From positions 1-41,365 of IMG/VR virus record IMGVR_UViG_3300049009_000131: a stretch of DNA of 41,365 bases. The stretch is one strand, 5' to 3'. Made by a program: the position numbers and the translations under genes. Below the pieces are notes generated by a model, which was not told the origin of the DNA, searched no databases, and saw only the letters and a program-made list of their open reading frames with translations. The DNA is from a virus. Taxonomy: Duplodnaviria; Caudoviricetes. Shown here piece after piece: positions 17,897 to 26,591 of the stretch; position 1 is the first letter of the stretch, and every line of letters starts with the position of its first letter.

Positions 17897-19699
17897 ATGG
17901 TCTACCCTTTTCCTAGGCCGTTCCCCGGCCCTTCGATACTTAAGTCATTCTCCGTCCTCTCGCTGTTCTCCAGCGGCGAGCAGGGCGCGTGGTACGACCC
18001 GTCTGACTTCAACACGATGTTCCAAGACAGCGCAGGGACCACGCCCGTCACTGCCGTGGAGCAGCCTGTCGGGTTACTGCTCGATAAGAGCAAGGGGCTG
18101 GCGCTGGGTGCTGAGATTATCTCAGTGGCAGCAGATCGTGATTTCAGTAGCAACACTGGATACTGGAGTTTCAACGGAGGTGTTGGCATCTCTGGCGGGA
18201 CCATGAATTGGTCGGCAACTGCTGACTCGTATGCGGGGTACACCACATCTAATTCCATCACCACACCGGGCAAGTACTACGAAATAACATGGACACTCTC
18301 AAGCGTCTCGTCTGGTGGCATTAAGGCGGGAGTTGGAAATCAATTTGGAGTAGCAAGAACAACGACTGGAACCTACACGGATCGTGTCCTTGCTGGTTCA
18401 GCGTCCAATAGAATTGGTTTTTTCTGCGTAGGGACAACTACCGCTTCCATCGACAATGTGTCTGTAAAAGAGGTATCCGGCAACCACGCCAGTCAGTCCA
18501 CCGCCGCCTCACGCCCCGTGCTGAGTGCTAGGGTGAACCTGCTGACGTACTCTGAGCAGTTCGATAATGCGGCTTGGACGAAGGGTGGCCTTGTTACTGC
18601 TGGCATGTCGAACGTCACAACAGCCCCGGACGGGACAACGACAGCCGACCAACTTATTGAGACTGCCGCCACTGCCGTGCACTATGCCGAGCAAAGCGAC
18701 GGAGCAACTACGGCAGCAACGAACTACACAGCTAGCGTGGCTATAAAGGCAAACGGTAGACAGTATGCAACGGTTTCGTTTACTGGGACAGCAGCGACAC
18801 TTTGGGTTGCTGCCACTTTTGATTTGAGCGGAGGTGGAAGCGTTTCAAATACTGGAAACGGAAGTTCCGCAACCTATGTCTCTTCAAGTATTACCTCTCT
18901 CGGGAGTGGCTGGTTCCGTTGCACCGTCACAGGCTCGCTTACAAGCGCCAGCACTGGCGTAATCACTATACAGCCCAGCAATAGCGGGACGCCGACATAC
19001 GGCGGCTATAGCGCATACTCCTACACCGGAGATGGTACCTCTGGCCTTTACATCTGGGGCGCAGACCTCCGCGTCACCAACGTAGGCGTAGGCCTCCCCG
19101 CGTACCAGCGCGTTGGTGCTGCGGTTACTGCTACGACAAACCCTGCTGTTACGGGTGTACCGGACTACGACACCAGTGGCTTCCCGCTGTACCTCCGTTC
19201 TGATGGCGTCGATGATCGGCTTATCGGCCCCGCTATCAGCAACATCATCTCCGCATCCGCATACGAGGCGTGCATTGGCGCGCGTGTCATTTCTGTTTCG
19301 ACGGATAGTTCGAGCCCGTGGGCAAACCATACGCTAGTGGCTGATGACGCTGGCTATGTCGGAATGGGTTACGCGAGAACATCAAACATCATTGGCGCGT
19401 ATAACTTTGATACGGGAATTGACACCTCTACTGTGTCAATGACGCCGCCAAGCACGTTCGTCTTGCAGCAGCGCCACGATGCGGGCAACCTCGTGCTGTC
19501 CCTGAACGGCGGCGCGGAGGCAAGCACGGCATCAGGAGATACGGCTGTTGTAACAGGCAATCTCAGGCTGTTCTCAGCTCTTTCTTCTGTATCCATTCCC
19601 GCGCGTCTTTACGGCGTTGTTATCCGCAATAGCTCATTCACGGCTACAGAGCGCGCAAATGCGTTGGCATGGATGAACGGAAAGACGGGAGCATACTGA
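17897..19699 (+). CDS. Receptor-binding or head/tail fibre protein with carbohydrate-binding-like domains
   Basis: SD GGAGG; GAWYDPSD..TMFQDSAGTTPVT..QPVG..LDKS, NLLTYSEQFDNAAW, APDGT.TAD, GWFRC, DGVDD; Ser/Thr/Gly-rich beta protein. Confidence 0.7.
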   Translation: MVYPFPRPFPGPSILKSFSVLSLFSSGEQGAWYDPSDFNTMFQDSAGTTPVTAVEQPVGLLLDKSKGLALGAEIISVAADRDFSSNTGYWSFNGGVGISGGTMNWSATADSYAGYTTSNSITTPGKYYEITWTLSSVSSGGIKAGVGNQFGVARTTTGTYTDRVLAGSASNRIGFFCVGTTTASIDNVSVKEVSGNHASQSTAASRPVLSARVNLLTYSEQFDNAAWTKGGLVTAGMSNVTTAPDGTTTADQLIETAATAVHYAEQSDGATTAATNYTASVAIKANGRQYATVSFTGTAATLWVAATFDLSGGGSVSNTGNGSSATYVSSSITSLGSGWFRCTVTGSLTSASTGVITIQPSNSGTPTYGGYSAYSYTGDGTSGLYIWGADLRVTNVGVGLPAYQRVGAAVTATTNPAVTGVPDYDTSGFPLYLRSDGVDDRLIGPAISNIISASAYEACIGARVISVSTDSSSPWANHTLVADDAGYVGMGYARTSNIIGAYNFDTGIDTSTVSMTPPSTFVLQQRHDAGNLVLSLNGGAEASTASGDTAVVTGNLRLFSALSSVSIPARLYGVVIRNSSFTATERANALAWMNGKTGAY

Positions 19700-20109
19700 T
19701 GGCTGACACCTTCGCAACTTTGATAGTCACCGCCGCAGACGCTCCGACCTCCCGCGCCATCGCAGCCGCCTTCGGCCCCGGTGGTGTCAATATGTGGACG
19801 ACGCCGCTCTCTGCATCCGGCCTCGACCCTGTTACGCACTACATCTCCACCGGCTACATCCCGGCTGAGTTTGTTTCGATGTGTCCTATGGTGACATGGG
19901 AGCAGGATGAGGACGGCGGCTGGTGGGAGACGGACTACTACCCCGGTGACGCCGCTGCGGTCTACGGCTTCTGCCAGCAGGCGGGCCTGCCGTACACGCT
20001 GGCCGAGATCGAGGGCGTCTTCTCCCGCTCGGATGTCAGCCAGCAGGAGCCGTTCGTGGCGCTTGGCCGCGCGGGGCTTAAGATCGTTAATCCCCCAGAG
20101 TCACTGTAA
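19699..20109 (+). CDS. Hypothetical protein associated with the upstream fibre gene
   Basis: TGATG overlap with upstream stop, SD GGGAG; LSASG..P.THYISTG motif. Confidence 0.65.
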   Translation: MADTFATLIVTAADAPTSRAIAAAFGPGGVNMWTTPLSASGLDPVTHYISTGYIPAEFVSMCPMVTWEQDEDGGWWETDYYPGDAAAVYGFCQQAGLPYTLAEIEGVFSRSDVSQQEPFVALGRAGLKIVNPPESL

Positions 20110-20405
20110 TGAACAAAGTAATACTGCGCGATGTCGAATGGGACATCGATGCCAACATGGATGGTCTTCTGGTCCGCAAGGATCAGGAGATCACCTCCGA
20201 CTTCCTTGACCAGCTTGCCGATGATCGTCTCGCTTCCAAGGCTACGTCCAACGACTTCCACAAGATCGCTTCGATCCCCGTGGTTGTCGTTGAGAAGTGG
20301 CTTCGCGAGGGTTTCGATGTGTTCCGCGAGGATGCCAAGGCCATCATTAAGAAACTTCGGGATGAAGACCTCACGGCGTTCATCGCCACGACCAAGAAGG
20401 TGTAA
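20109..20405 (+). CDS. Conserved podovirus hypothetical protein
   Basis: TAATG coupling; Q.I...FLD.L...R and ASIP.VVVEKWLREGFD motifs. Confidence 0.65.
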   Translation: MNKVILRDVEWDIDANMDGLLVRKDQEITSDFLDQLADDRLASKATSNDFHKIASIPVVVVEKWLREGFDVFREDAKAIIKKLRDEDLTAFIATTKKV

Positions 20406-20408
20406 GGT

Positions 20409-21011
20409 ATGAACTACGGCCAGATCAGAACTCAGTTCAAGGCTATCCTAAATCGTACGGACTGTAGCGATGCTTTGGCCGATACCTTCATCAGCCAAGG
20501 TCTCCTCCGCTCCCAGCGCTTCCTCCGTATCCCTGCGAACGAAGAGCAGGCCACGGAGGTTGTCGCTGGTGGCTTCACCGCCTTCACGCTACCCACCGAC
20601 CTCATGGAGATCATCAGTGTCGTTGTGGATGATCGTGTCGTCCAGTTCCTGCCCGTGCGGGCGTGGACGGACGTTCCGATTGCCACCAACGGTGTCCCTG
20701 AGTACTTCACGCGCATCGGTACGGCCCTCAAGTTCAAGCCGACCCCTTCGACGGGCGCGCAGATCGTTGTGGACTACTACGGCTCCTTTGAGCCTTTCAC
20801 GAGTGACACAACGACTACCAAGCTCTCTACGGTGGCTTCCGATGTCGTGGTGTACGGGGGTCTCTCCTACGCCAGCGACTACTTCCTCGATGAGCGTAAG
20901 GGTATGTTCGAGGAACGTTACCTTGGCATCATCGCTGACCTTCAGTCGCAAGCTTATGACAATGACGGCCCCGCGCAGGTTGGGGCTGCATACGCTCTAG
21001 AGGGGTACTGA
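20409..21011 (+). CDS. Head-tail adaptor protein
   Basis: MNYGQIR....LNR.D....A.TFI...R..R.LR, LP.D..E, G.P.YF, P.P, YF.DER motifs. Confidence 0.75.
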   Translation: MNYGQIRTQFKAILNRTDCSDALADTFISQGLLRSQRFLRIPANEEQATEVVAGGFTAFTLPTDLMEIISVVVDDRVVQFLPVRAWTDVPIATNGVPEYFTRIGTALKFKPTPSTGAQIVVDYYGSFEPFTSDTTTTKLSTVASDVVVYGGLSYASDYFLDERKGMFEERYLGIIADLQSQAYDNDGPAQVGAAYALEGY

Positions 21012-21226
21012 TGATGCCGGAGTACGAGCGTGAACTCGGAGAGATGTCTGCGAAGATCACCATCCTCGAAATCACAGTGTCAGAGATGCGTCAGGACCTC
21101 AGGACCGTCAGAGACACCCTCACAGAGGCCAAAGGTTCGTGGCGTACCCTCGTGGCCGTTGCGGGGCTTTCGGCATCCTTGGGTGCCTTTGTCGTCAAGC
21201 TATTCCCGTTTATCCCCCGCCTATAA
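21011..21226 (+). CDS. Small coiled-coil protein with C-terminal TM helix (holin/XhlA-like)
   Basis: Heptad coil then hydrophobic TLVAVAGLSASLGAFVV; precedes endolysin. Confidence 0.55.
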   Translation: MMPEYERELGEMSAKITILEITVSEMRQDLRTVRDTLTEAKGSWRTLVAVAGLSASLGAFVVKLFPFIPRL

Positions 21227-21235
21227 GGAAACCCC

Positions 21236-21631
21236 GTGTCACTGGTACTTAACAAGGCATCCGAAGCAAAGCTTAAGGGTGTCCATCCCGACCTCATTAG
21301 GGTCATCCGGCGTACTCTTAAGGATTGGAAGCACAAGGACCTTGGGTTCGTCATTACGTGTGGCGTTCGTACTCTTGAGGAACAGAAGATACTTTTGAAG
21401 CAAGGGGCATCCAAGACGCTCCGCTCGAAGCACCTGAAGCAGAAGGATGGCTTTAGTCACGCCTTCGATGTCGCTGTGACGGCCAATGGGGTCGTGAAAT
21501 GGGATTGGCCCTTGTATGACAAGGTGTCCAAGAACTTCCTCAGTGCCGCCAAGGCCGAGAAGGTCACGATCACTTGGGGCGGTTCGTGGACGAGTTTTCG
21601 CGATGGGCCTCACTATCAACTCGAAACATAA
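21236..21631 (+). CDS. Endolysin, L-Ala-D-Glu peptidase (M15 family, T5 Lys-like)
   Basis: S...L.GVHPDL, G.RT.EEQ, SKT..SKH, HAFD, WGG.W.SF.DGPHYQL. Confidence 0.92.
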   Translation: MSLVLNKASEAKLKGVHPDLIRVIRRTLKDWKHKDLGFVITCGVRTLEEQKILLKQGASKTLRSKHLKQKDGFSHAFDVAVTANGVVKWDWPLYDKVSKNFLSAAKAEKVTITWGGSWTSFRDGPHYQLET

Positions 21632-21645
21632 TTGGAGATACGCTC

Positions 21646-21822
21646 ATGATGAGTGGAGAACAGGTTTGGGGTATCGTGAGAACGATCCTCGCAGCCGCCG
21701 CAGGTTGGGGCGCAGCTAAGGGCTACATTGATAACGAGACGGCCATGACGATTGTCGGTGCCATCGGTACGATCTTCGTTGCCGTGTGGTCGTGGCGGGC
21801 CAAGAAGGCCGTGCCTGCATGA
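21646..21822 (+). CDS. Holin (two TM helices)
   Basis: SD GGAGA; 58 aa, two hydrophobic segments, basic C-terminus WSWRAKK; follows endolysin. Confidence 0.7.
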   Translation: MMSGEQVWGIVRTILAAAAGWGAAKGYIDNETAMTIVGAIGTIFVAVWSWRAKKAVPA

Positions 21823-22061
21823 CGTGGCTTGAGGTCGCTCTCGTTGTCGGTGTCCTACTAGGCGCTGGCTGCGGGACGGCTCTGGTTGTCCGTAGCCCAA
21901 CGTTCTGGCTGGACCTTGGGAAAGCCGCCGTTATCGCCGTTCTCCCCGTAATCGCCCGCCGCATGTCACCCGAAGAAGAGCGTGAGATGCGACAGGCATA
22001 CCTCGCGGGCCGGGGTGACGAATGGGAACGCAAGCGACGAGGGGCACCACCAAAAGGTTAA
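21819..22061 (+). CDS. Membrane protein of the lysis cassette (possible spanin)
   Basis: ATGA overlap with holin; hydrophobic N-terminus with LGAGC, second hydrophobic stretch, charged tail. Confidence 0.55.
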   Translation: MTWLEVALVVGVLLGAGCGTALVVRSPTFWLDLGKAAVIAVLPVIARRMSPEEEREMRQAYLAGRGDEWERKRRGAPPKG

Positions 22062-22062
22062 C

Positions 22063-22110
22063 ACACCGATCACGTATCAGTAGTTTACGCTACGTGATCG
22101 GTGTTTTTCT
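22063..22110 (+). terminator. Intrinsic terminator ending the late operon
   Basis: Perfect 14-bp stem ACACCGATCACGTA/TACGTGATCGGTGT, 14-nt loop, then TTTTCT. Confidence 0.75.
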
Positions 22111-22111
22111 G

Positions 22112-22140
22112 TTGTCATACGTAGAAACTCCCTCTATGTT
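22112..22140 (+). promoter_or_regulatory. Sigma70-type promoter of the repressor-integrase operon
   Basis: TTGTCA-N17-TATGTT. Confidence 0.7.
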
Positions 22141-22187
22141 GATGGTCAGTGATGGAGTATGGATCGTCAGCAACAATGGTGAGACAA

Positions 22188-22547
22188 ATGGAAGACGCAG
22201 ACAGACAGGTCCTACAGCGCCTGTATTATGCTTTGGAAGAGATCAAAGGCATCGCAGCCCACATGCCTGTTGGGCAGATCATGGCTTTGCTTCTGGTATC
22301 CCTGCACGAGAACAAGCCGATGAAGGAGCTTGCGTCTTTGGCAGACACCAACATCTCGACCATCAGTCGCCAGTTGATTGACCTAGGTGCGCGTAATCGT
22401 CGCATGGAGCCGGGGTACGGGCTGATCGACCAGCGCCAGAACCCGATGAACCTTCGCGAGAACCAGTACACCCTCACGATCAAAGGTAGTCACCTGATCA
22501 AGGGTATCCTCAAGCAACTGACCCGCAAGACCGGGAGTGTCGCATGA
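22188..22547 (+). CDS. MarR-family winged-helix regulator, probable prophage repressor (alternative starts 22149-22176)
   Basis: MKELASLA.....TISRQL.DL...GYGLI....P...RE..Y.LT.KG; SD GGTGAG before ATG 22188; directly upstream of integrase. Confidence 0.8.
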   Translation: MEDADRQVLQRLYYALEEIKGIAAHMPVGQIMALLLVSLHENKPMKELASLADTNISTISRQLIDLGARNRRMEPGYGLIDQRQNPMNLRENQYTLTIKGSHLIKGILKQLTRKTGSVA

Positions 22548-23728
22548 GCGTGTACCCCATGAAGCGAAACGGCAAGCACACGGGCAAGTGGCGTGTCGAA
22601 ATCCAAGTGGCAGGACGGCGGGCGCGGGGTGTCTTTGCGTCCCTTGAGGAAGCCCGCGCTGCTGAGGCCAACTGGACCAAGGGCCTGCCTGAGGTCGCTA
22701 TCGTCAGGGAAAGTCGCAAGGGTCCCCCTAAGACACTCAAGGACATCTACAGCGAGACCGGGGGTGCCTTGTGGTTCGGCAAGGTGTATCGCCAGATCGC
22801 AGAGCAGCGCCTGTGGCGGGTCCTTGAGATCATAGGGGTCAACACCCCGGCTGACGCTGTGGCGACCACGGACCTCGATAAGGTCGTCCAGACCCTACGG
22901 GCTGAGCGACTGAGCGGTTCGACCATCAACAAGTACCTGTCCGCCTTCCACAAGCTCATGGAGTGGGCGCGGACCCGCAAGTTCATCACGAGCCTTCCGC
23001 ACTTCCCCAGTGAGGACGAGGACAATGGTCGCATCCGGTGGCTGACGCCGCAGGAGGAGCGTGTGTTGCTCAGTTTGGTCCCTGAGGACGTCAAGCGGAT
23101 GATCCGGGTAGCCATCCGCACCGGAATGCGGCGTGGGGAGTTCTACACGCTCCAGAAGCAAGATGTTGTCTATCGCTGGGTTAGGTTGTGGGAAACCAAG
23201 ACCGATGAGCCACGTTCGGTCCCCATTGGCGACCAGACTGAAGCTGACCTTGTGTGGCTCCTAGACCACGGAATGCCTTCTCGGGACAAGCTGAGGTACT
23301 GGTGGGACGAAGCACGTTCCAAGATGAAGCTCAGTAAAGACCCGTGGTTTACGTTTCACGTTACTCGCCACACCTGTGCAACCCGCCTTGTCGAGGCCAA
23401 TGTACATCTGAGGACTATCCAAAAGTGGCTTGGGCACAAGAATATCGAGACAACATTGAGGTACGCCCAGCTTTCGGAAGGTGTTCTTGCGGCAGCTTTA
23501 ACCGCACTGGAAAAATATCCGGGTGGGGTTATGGACATCTCCCCACGCGGGGGGTACACGGGCGAAACGGCTGATACGGGGCTGTCTTTGGACAACCCTA
23601 AGTCGGTAGAAAGCAACCCTAGATACGGCCAGATCGATGGAAACGTGCGCGGGCGTGGTGAAATTGGCAGACACGCAGGATTTAGGTTCCTGTGTATCGA
23701 CGAGCCGTCTCAAGAAGATAGCGAATAA
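22544..23728 (+). CDS. int: Tyrosine integrase
   Basis: TGMRRGE, K, HVTRHTCATRL, LGHKNIETTLRY catalytic motifs; STINKYLSA core-binding region. Confidence 0.95.
   Translation: MSVYPMKRNGKHTGKWRVEIQVAGRRARGVFASLEEARAAEANWTKGLPEVAIVRESRKGPPKTLKDIYSETGGALWFGKVYRQIAEQRLWRVLEIIGVNTPADAVATTDLDKVVQTLRAERLSGSTINKYLSAFHKLMEWARTRKFITSLPHFPSEDEDNGRIRWLTPQEERVLLSLVPEDVKRMIRVAIRTGMRRGEFYTLQKQDVVYRWVRLWETKTDEPRSVPIGDQTEADLVWLLDHGMPSRDKLRYWWDEARSKMKLSKDPWFTFHVTRHTCATRLVEANVHLRTIQKWLGHKNIETTLRYAQLSEGVLAAALTALEKYPGGVMDISPRGGYTGETADTGLSLDNPKSVESNPRYGQIDGNVRGRGEIGRHAGFRFLCIDEPSQEDSE
23649..23694 (+). mobile_element. attP core: 5' half of tRNA-Leu(TAG), not a complete tRNA
   Basis: GCGGGCG-TG-GTGAAATTGGCAGACAC-G-CAGGA-TTTAGGT-TCCTG: acceptor 5' strand, D arm and anticodon arm present; no T arm or 3' acceptor strand follows. 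Confidence 0.85.
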
Positions 23729-23730
23729 CG

Positions 23731-23750
23731 AGAGCCCCTTCGGGGGCTTT
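23731..23750 (+). terminator. Intrinsic terminator-like hairpin after int/attP
   Basis: AGAGCCCC-TTCG-GGGGCTTT with C(UUCG)G tetraloop; short U tract. Confidence 0.7.
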
Positions 23751-23831
23751 CGGATACGTATAAACACTGTACAAATGTATAGCATCTATAGGTGTCAAAT
23801 GTCCAAAGGATAAGAGCTTGAAGTTACAGCC

Positions 23832-23870
23832 CGATTTCGAAAAGCAGCCCTTTACTACAACTTAAGCAGA
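23832..23870 (+). promoter_or_regulatory. Putative phage RNAP promoter upstream of the RNAP gene (+1 probably G23866)
   Basis: Second copy of the 31-bp motif at 254-284. Confidence 0.7.
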
Positions 23871-23893
23871 GAAGACGGACGGAGAGAGACGAC

Positions 23894-26395
23894 ATGGCGA
23901 CCCTCGAAGACCAGCTAAAGCTAGAGATCATTAGCCTTACTGAAGGTTACAATAGGTACGTAAGGAGCGAGAGTAGACTTAAGGAAGACCAAGGATATGC
24001 AGCTACTAGTTCAGTATCTCAAGTCATCAGAGATGCTATTCCTCAGGTAGCTCTCGACATCGAAAGGTTCCTTAAGGCTGACTATAAGGGTCGTTACCCT
24101 GATGGTCATGGTTACCTAAAGGACCTTGAGTCTACCTTAAGTGCCTATATTGGTCTTTCGTGCGTCTTTAACTCCATTGGTCGCCAAAGCACCCTTCTTC
24201 AGACTTGCATTGACGCAGGCCGTTTTGTCGAAAACGAACTGTGGGCGAAAGCTCTCAAGTCCCACGATAAGACCCTGTATGAGCGTTTGGTCTCAAGGGT
24301 CCTCAAGACCCACGGCAACATCGTGTATCGCAAGAAAGCGATCAGGGCGACAGCCGCCAAGGAGGGCTTTCGGTACGAGAGCCTGCCTAACGATGTCAGG
24401 GCGAAGATCGGGGAACCTCTGGTCAACGCAGTCCTCAAGGTCTGCCAAGACGTCTTTGAGTTGTACGAGGACCGCAAGGACAACTACGTAGGTCTCACTG
24501 AAGAGGCCAGTAGCTACCTTACGGAACTGCGGGAACTTGAGGCATGGATGCACCCCGCGTTCAAGCCAATGATCATCCCCCCGAAGCCTTGGGTCACCTA
24601 CGAAACAGGGTGCTACCACAGCGAGGCCCTGAGCAGGCACGTAAAGCTCGTGAGGACCCACTCCAAGGAACACAAGGCTCTCGTCGCCAAGGCTATCAAC
24701 AGTGGCCTCATGCAGCCCTGCCTCGAAAGTATCAACACGATCCAAGCGACACCTTGGGCCATCAATCAGCGGGCTCTGGAGGTCGTCCAGTGGGCGTGGG
24801 AGCAAGGGGTTACCCTCGACAGCTTCCCGCCCCGCTTTCCGCTCCAGAAGCCCCCTAGGCCCGTGGATTGGGATACCCTTGAGGACAGTCGCAAGAAGGC
24901 ATGGCGCATCAAGGCATCCAAGGTAGCCGAAAGGAACCGTGGGATCGTCGGTGAGGCTATGGTCATCAATCAGGACCTAGCGACTGCCAACGATATGCTT
25001 CAGTACCCCGAGTTCTACCTTCCGTACTCGATGGACTTTAGGGGCAGGGTGTACGCCATACCCCACTTCTCGATCCAAAGGTCGGATTACGTCCGCTCGC
25101 TCTTCAAGTTTGCCGTAGGTGTCCCTCTGGGTCCAGACGGTCTGTACTGGCTTGCCGTGCACATCGCCAACACCGGAGACTTTGACAAGCTGTCGAAGCG
25201 TCCGTTGGACGAGCGTGTGCGATGGGTCACTGAGAACACCGCCATGATCGAGAAGGTCGCCAAGGACCCCTTTGGCACCTTCGATATCTGGAAGAAAGCT
25301 GACGCTCCCTTTCAGTTTGTCGCGGCGGCGATGGAATGGGCAGAAGCTATCAAGGACCCGGAAGGCTACGTCAGTCACCTTCCAATCGCTCTTGATGGCT
25401 CAAACTCTGGCCTTCAGCATTACTCTGCAACCATGCGCTCGATGGAGGGTTCTCTCGTCAACCTCGTGGCCTCTGAGATACCTTCTGATGTCTATCAGGT
25501 CGTGTGTGACAAAGCAAAAGCTATTGTTGAGTCAGACGCAGCAAAAGGTGACGAATTAGCTAAGATCGTTCTGAAGAATGGTGTGTCACGCTCTATCGTC
25601 AAGAGGAACGTGATGACCTTTGCGTACTCCTCTGAGCAGTATGGGTTCGCTCAGCAGCAACGTGAGGACCTTATGCGACCCTTGAGCCTTGAGGTTCTCG
25701 AAGGTCGCCTTGAGGAACACCCGTACGGGGCTGACCACGGCTTCGCAGCTTCTCTGTATATCGCGAAGGTCGTGTGGACTGCTGTGAACGAGGTCGTTAA
25801 GGACGCATCGCTGGGCATGAAGTTCTTCCAGAGGTGTGCCCAAGTCCTTGCTCACGAAGCTAAGGCCCTCGTGTGGTTCACTCCCATTGGTCTCCCGGTT
25901 CTCCACAAGTACGTCACGTACCAAGTGAAGCAGGTGAGCCTGTGGCTCTACGACAAGCGGCTCTCCGTTGGCGATGTCAACAAGGAGGACCGTGTAGAGG
26001 ACGGTAAGGTCATCAAGTGGGTGAGGTCGCGTGTGCGGCTAAAGCCTACGGAAGTGATCAACAAGGACAAGCAGAAGTCGGCAGTCGCCCCGAACATCAT
26101 CCACAGTTTGGATGCGGCCCATCTGATGCTGACGGTTCTTGAGGCCCACGAAGTCGGTATCAACCACTACTCGCTCATTCACGATAGCTTCGGTACTCAC
26201 GCTGGGAACACCACACGGTTCTTCCAGATCATTCGTGAGACCTTCGTGCAGATGTACGAGGAGTATGACCCTTTGGAGGAAATCCATAGCAGCACGCTCA
26301 AAGCGGCGGACGACAAAACCAAAGTCCCCCAGCCCCCAGTACGAGGTCCCCTTGATATTCGGGGGGTTATCAACAGTCTATACGCCTTCGCGTAA
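23894..26395 (+). CDS. T7-like single-subunit DNA-directed RNA polymerase
   Basis: PMIIPPKPW, DFRGRVY, DGSNSGLQH, R..VKR.VMT..Y, APNIIHSLDA.H, IHDSFGTH, C-terminal YAFA. Confidence 0.98.
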   Translation: MATLEDQLKLEIISLTEGYNRYVRSESRLKEDQGYAATSSVSQVIRDAIPQVALDIERFLKADYKGRYPDGHGYLKDLESTLSAYIGLSCVFNSIGRQSTLLQTCIDAGRFVENELWAKALKSHDKTLYERLVSRVLKTHGNIVYRKKAIRATAAKEGFRYESLPNDVRAKIGEPLVNAVLKVCQDVFELYEDRKDNYVGLTEEASSYLTELRELEAWMHPAFKPMIIPPKPWVTYETGCYHSEALSRHVKLVRTHSKEHKALVAKAINSGLMQPCLESINTIQATPWAINQRALEVVQWAWEQGVTLDSFPPRFPLQKPPRPVDWDTLEDSRKKAWRIKASKVAERNRGIVGEAMVINQDLATANDMLQYPEFYLPYSMDFRGRVYAIPHFSIQRSDYVRSLFKFAVGVPLGPDGLYWLAVHIANTGDFDKLSKRPLDERVRWVTENTAMIEKVAKDPFGTFDIWKKADAPFQFVAAAMEWAEAIKDPEGYVSHLPIALDGSNSGLQHYSATMRSMEGSLVNLVASEIPSDVYQVVCDKAKAIVESDAAKGDELAKIVLKNGVSRSIVKRNVMTFAYSSEQYGFAQQQREDLMRPLSLEVLEGRLEEHPYGADHGFAASLYIAKVVWTAVNEVVKDASLGMKFFQRCAQVLAHEAKALVWFTPIGLPVLHKYVTYQVKQVSLWLYDKRLSVGDVNKEDRVEDGKVIKWVRSRVRLKPTEVINKDKQKSAVAPNIIHSLDAAHLMLTVLEAHEVGINHYSLIHDSFGTHAGNTTRFFQIIRETFVQMYEEYDPLEEIHSSTLKAADDKTKVPQPPVRGPLDIRGVINSLYAFA

Positions 26396-26591
26396 GTTCC
26401 TGAAGCTCCTTGAAGACCCAAACGATGAAGTGAGGAAGCTTACCCTCATTCTGTTGGCTCAGGGGCTCGCATATCAACACATCGAGAAGACCCTTGTGAT
26501 CGCTGCCGAGACAATTGGCATCGACGCGAGGGTCGTTGCTGACGAGTGCGTTCGCCAGCTTAACGAAATGCAATCACTGGAGAGACATTAA
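26352..26591 (+). CDS. Hypothetical protein (start uncertain: TTG 26352 or GTG 26430)
   Basis: Open frame fills the gap after RNAP; SD GAGGT before TTG 26352. Confidence 0.45.
   Translation: MIFGGLSTVYTPSRKFLKLLEDPNDEVRKLTLILLAQGLAYQHIEKTLVIAAETIGIDARVVADECVRQLNEMQSLERH

Noticed and set aside
23649-23730. Complete phage-encoded tRNA-Leu
   Set aside because: Similarity stops after the anticodon arm; no T-loop (GTTCRA) or 3' acceptor strand, so treated as attP core
23767-23782. E. coli-type LexA box CTGT-N8-ATAG upstream of RNAP
   Set aside because: Mismatch in the essential CAG half-site, and the better box in this genome is the alphaproteobacterial type
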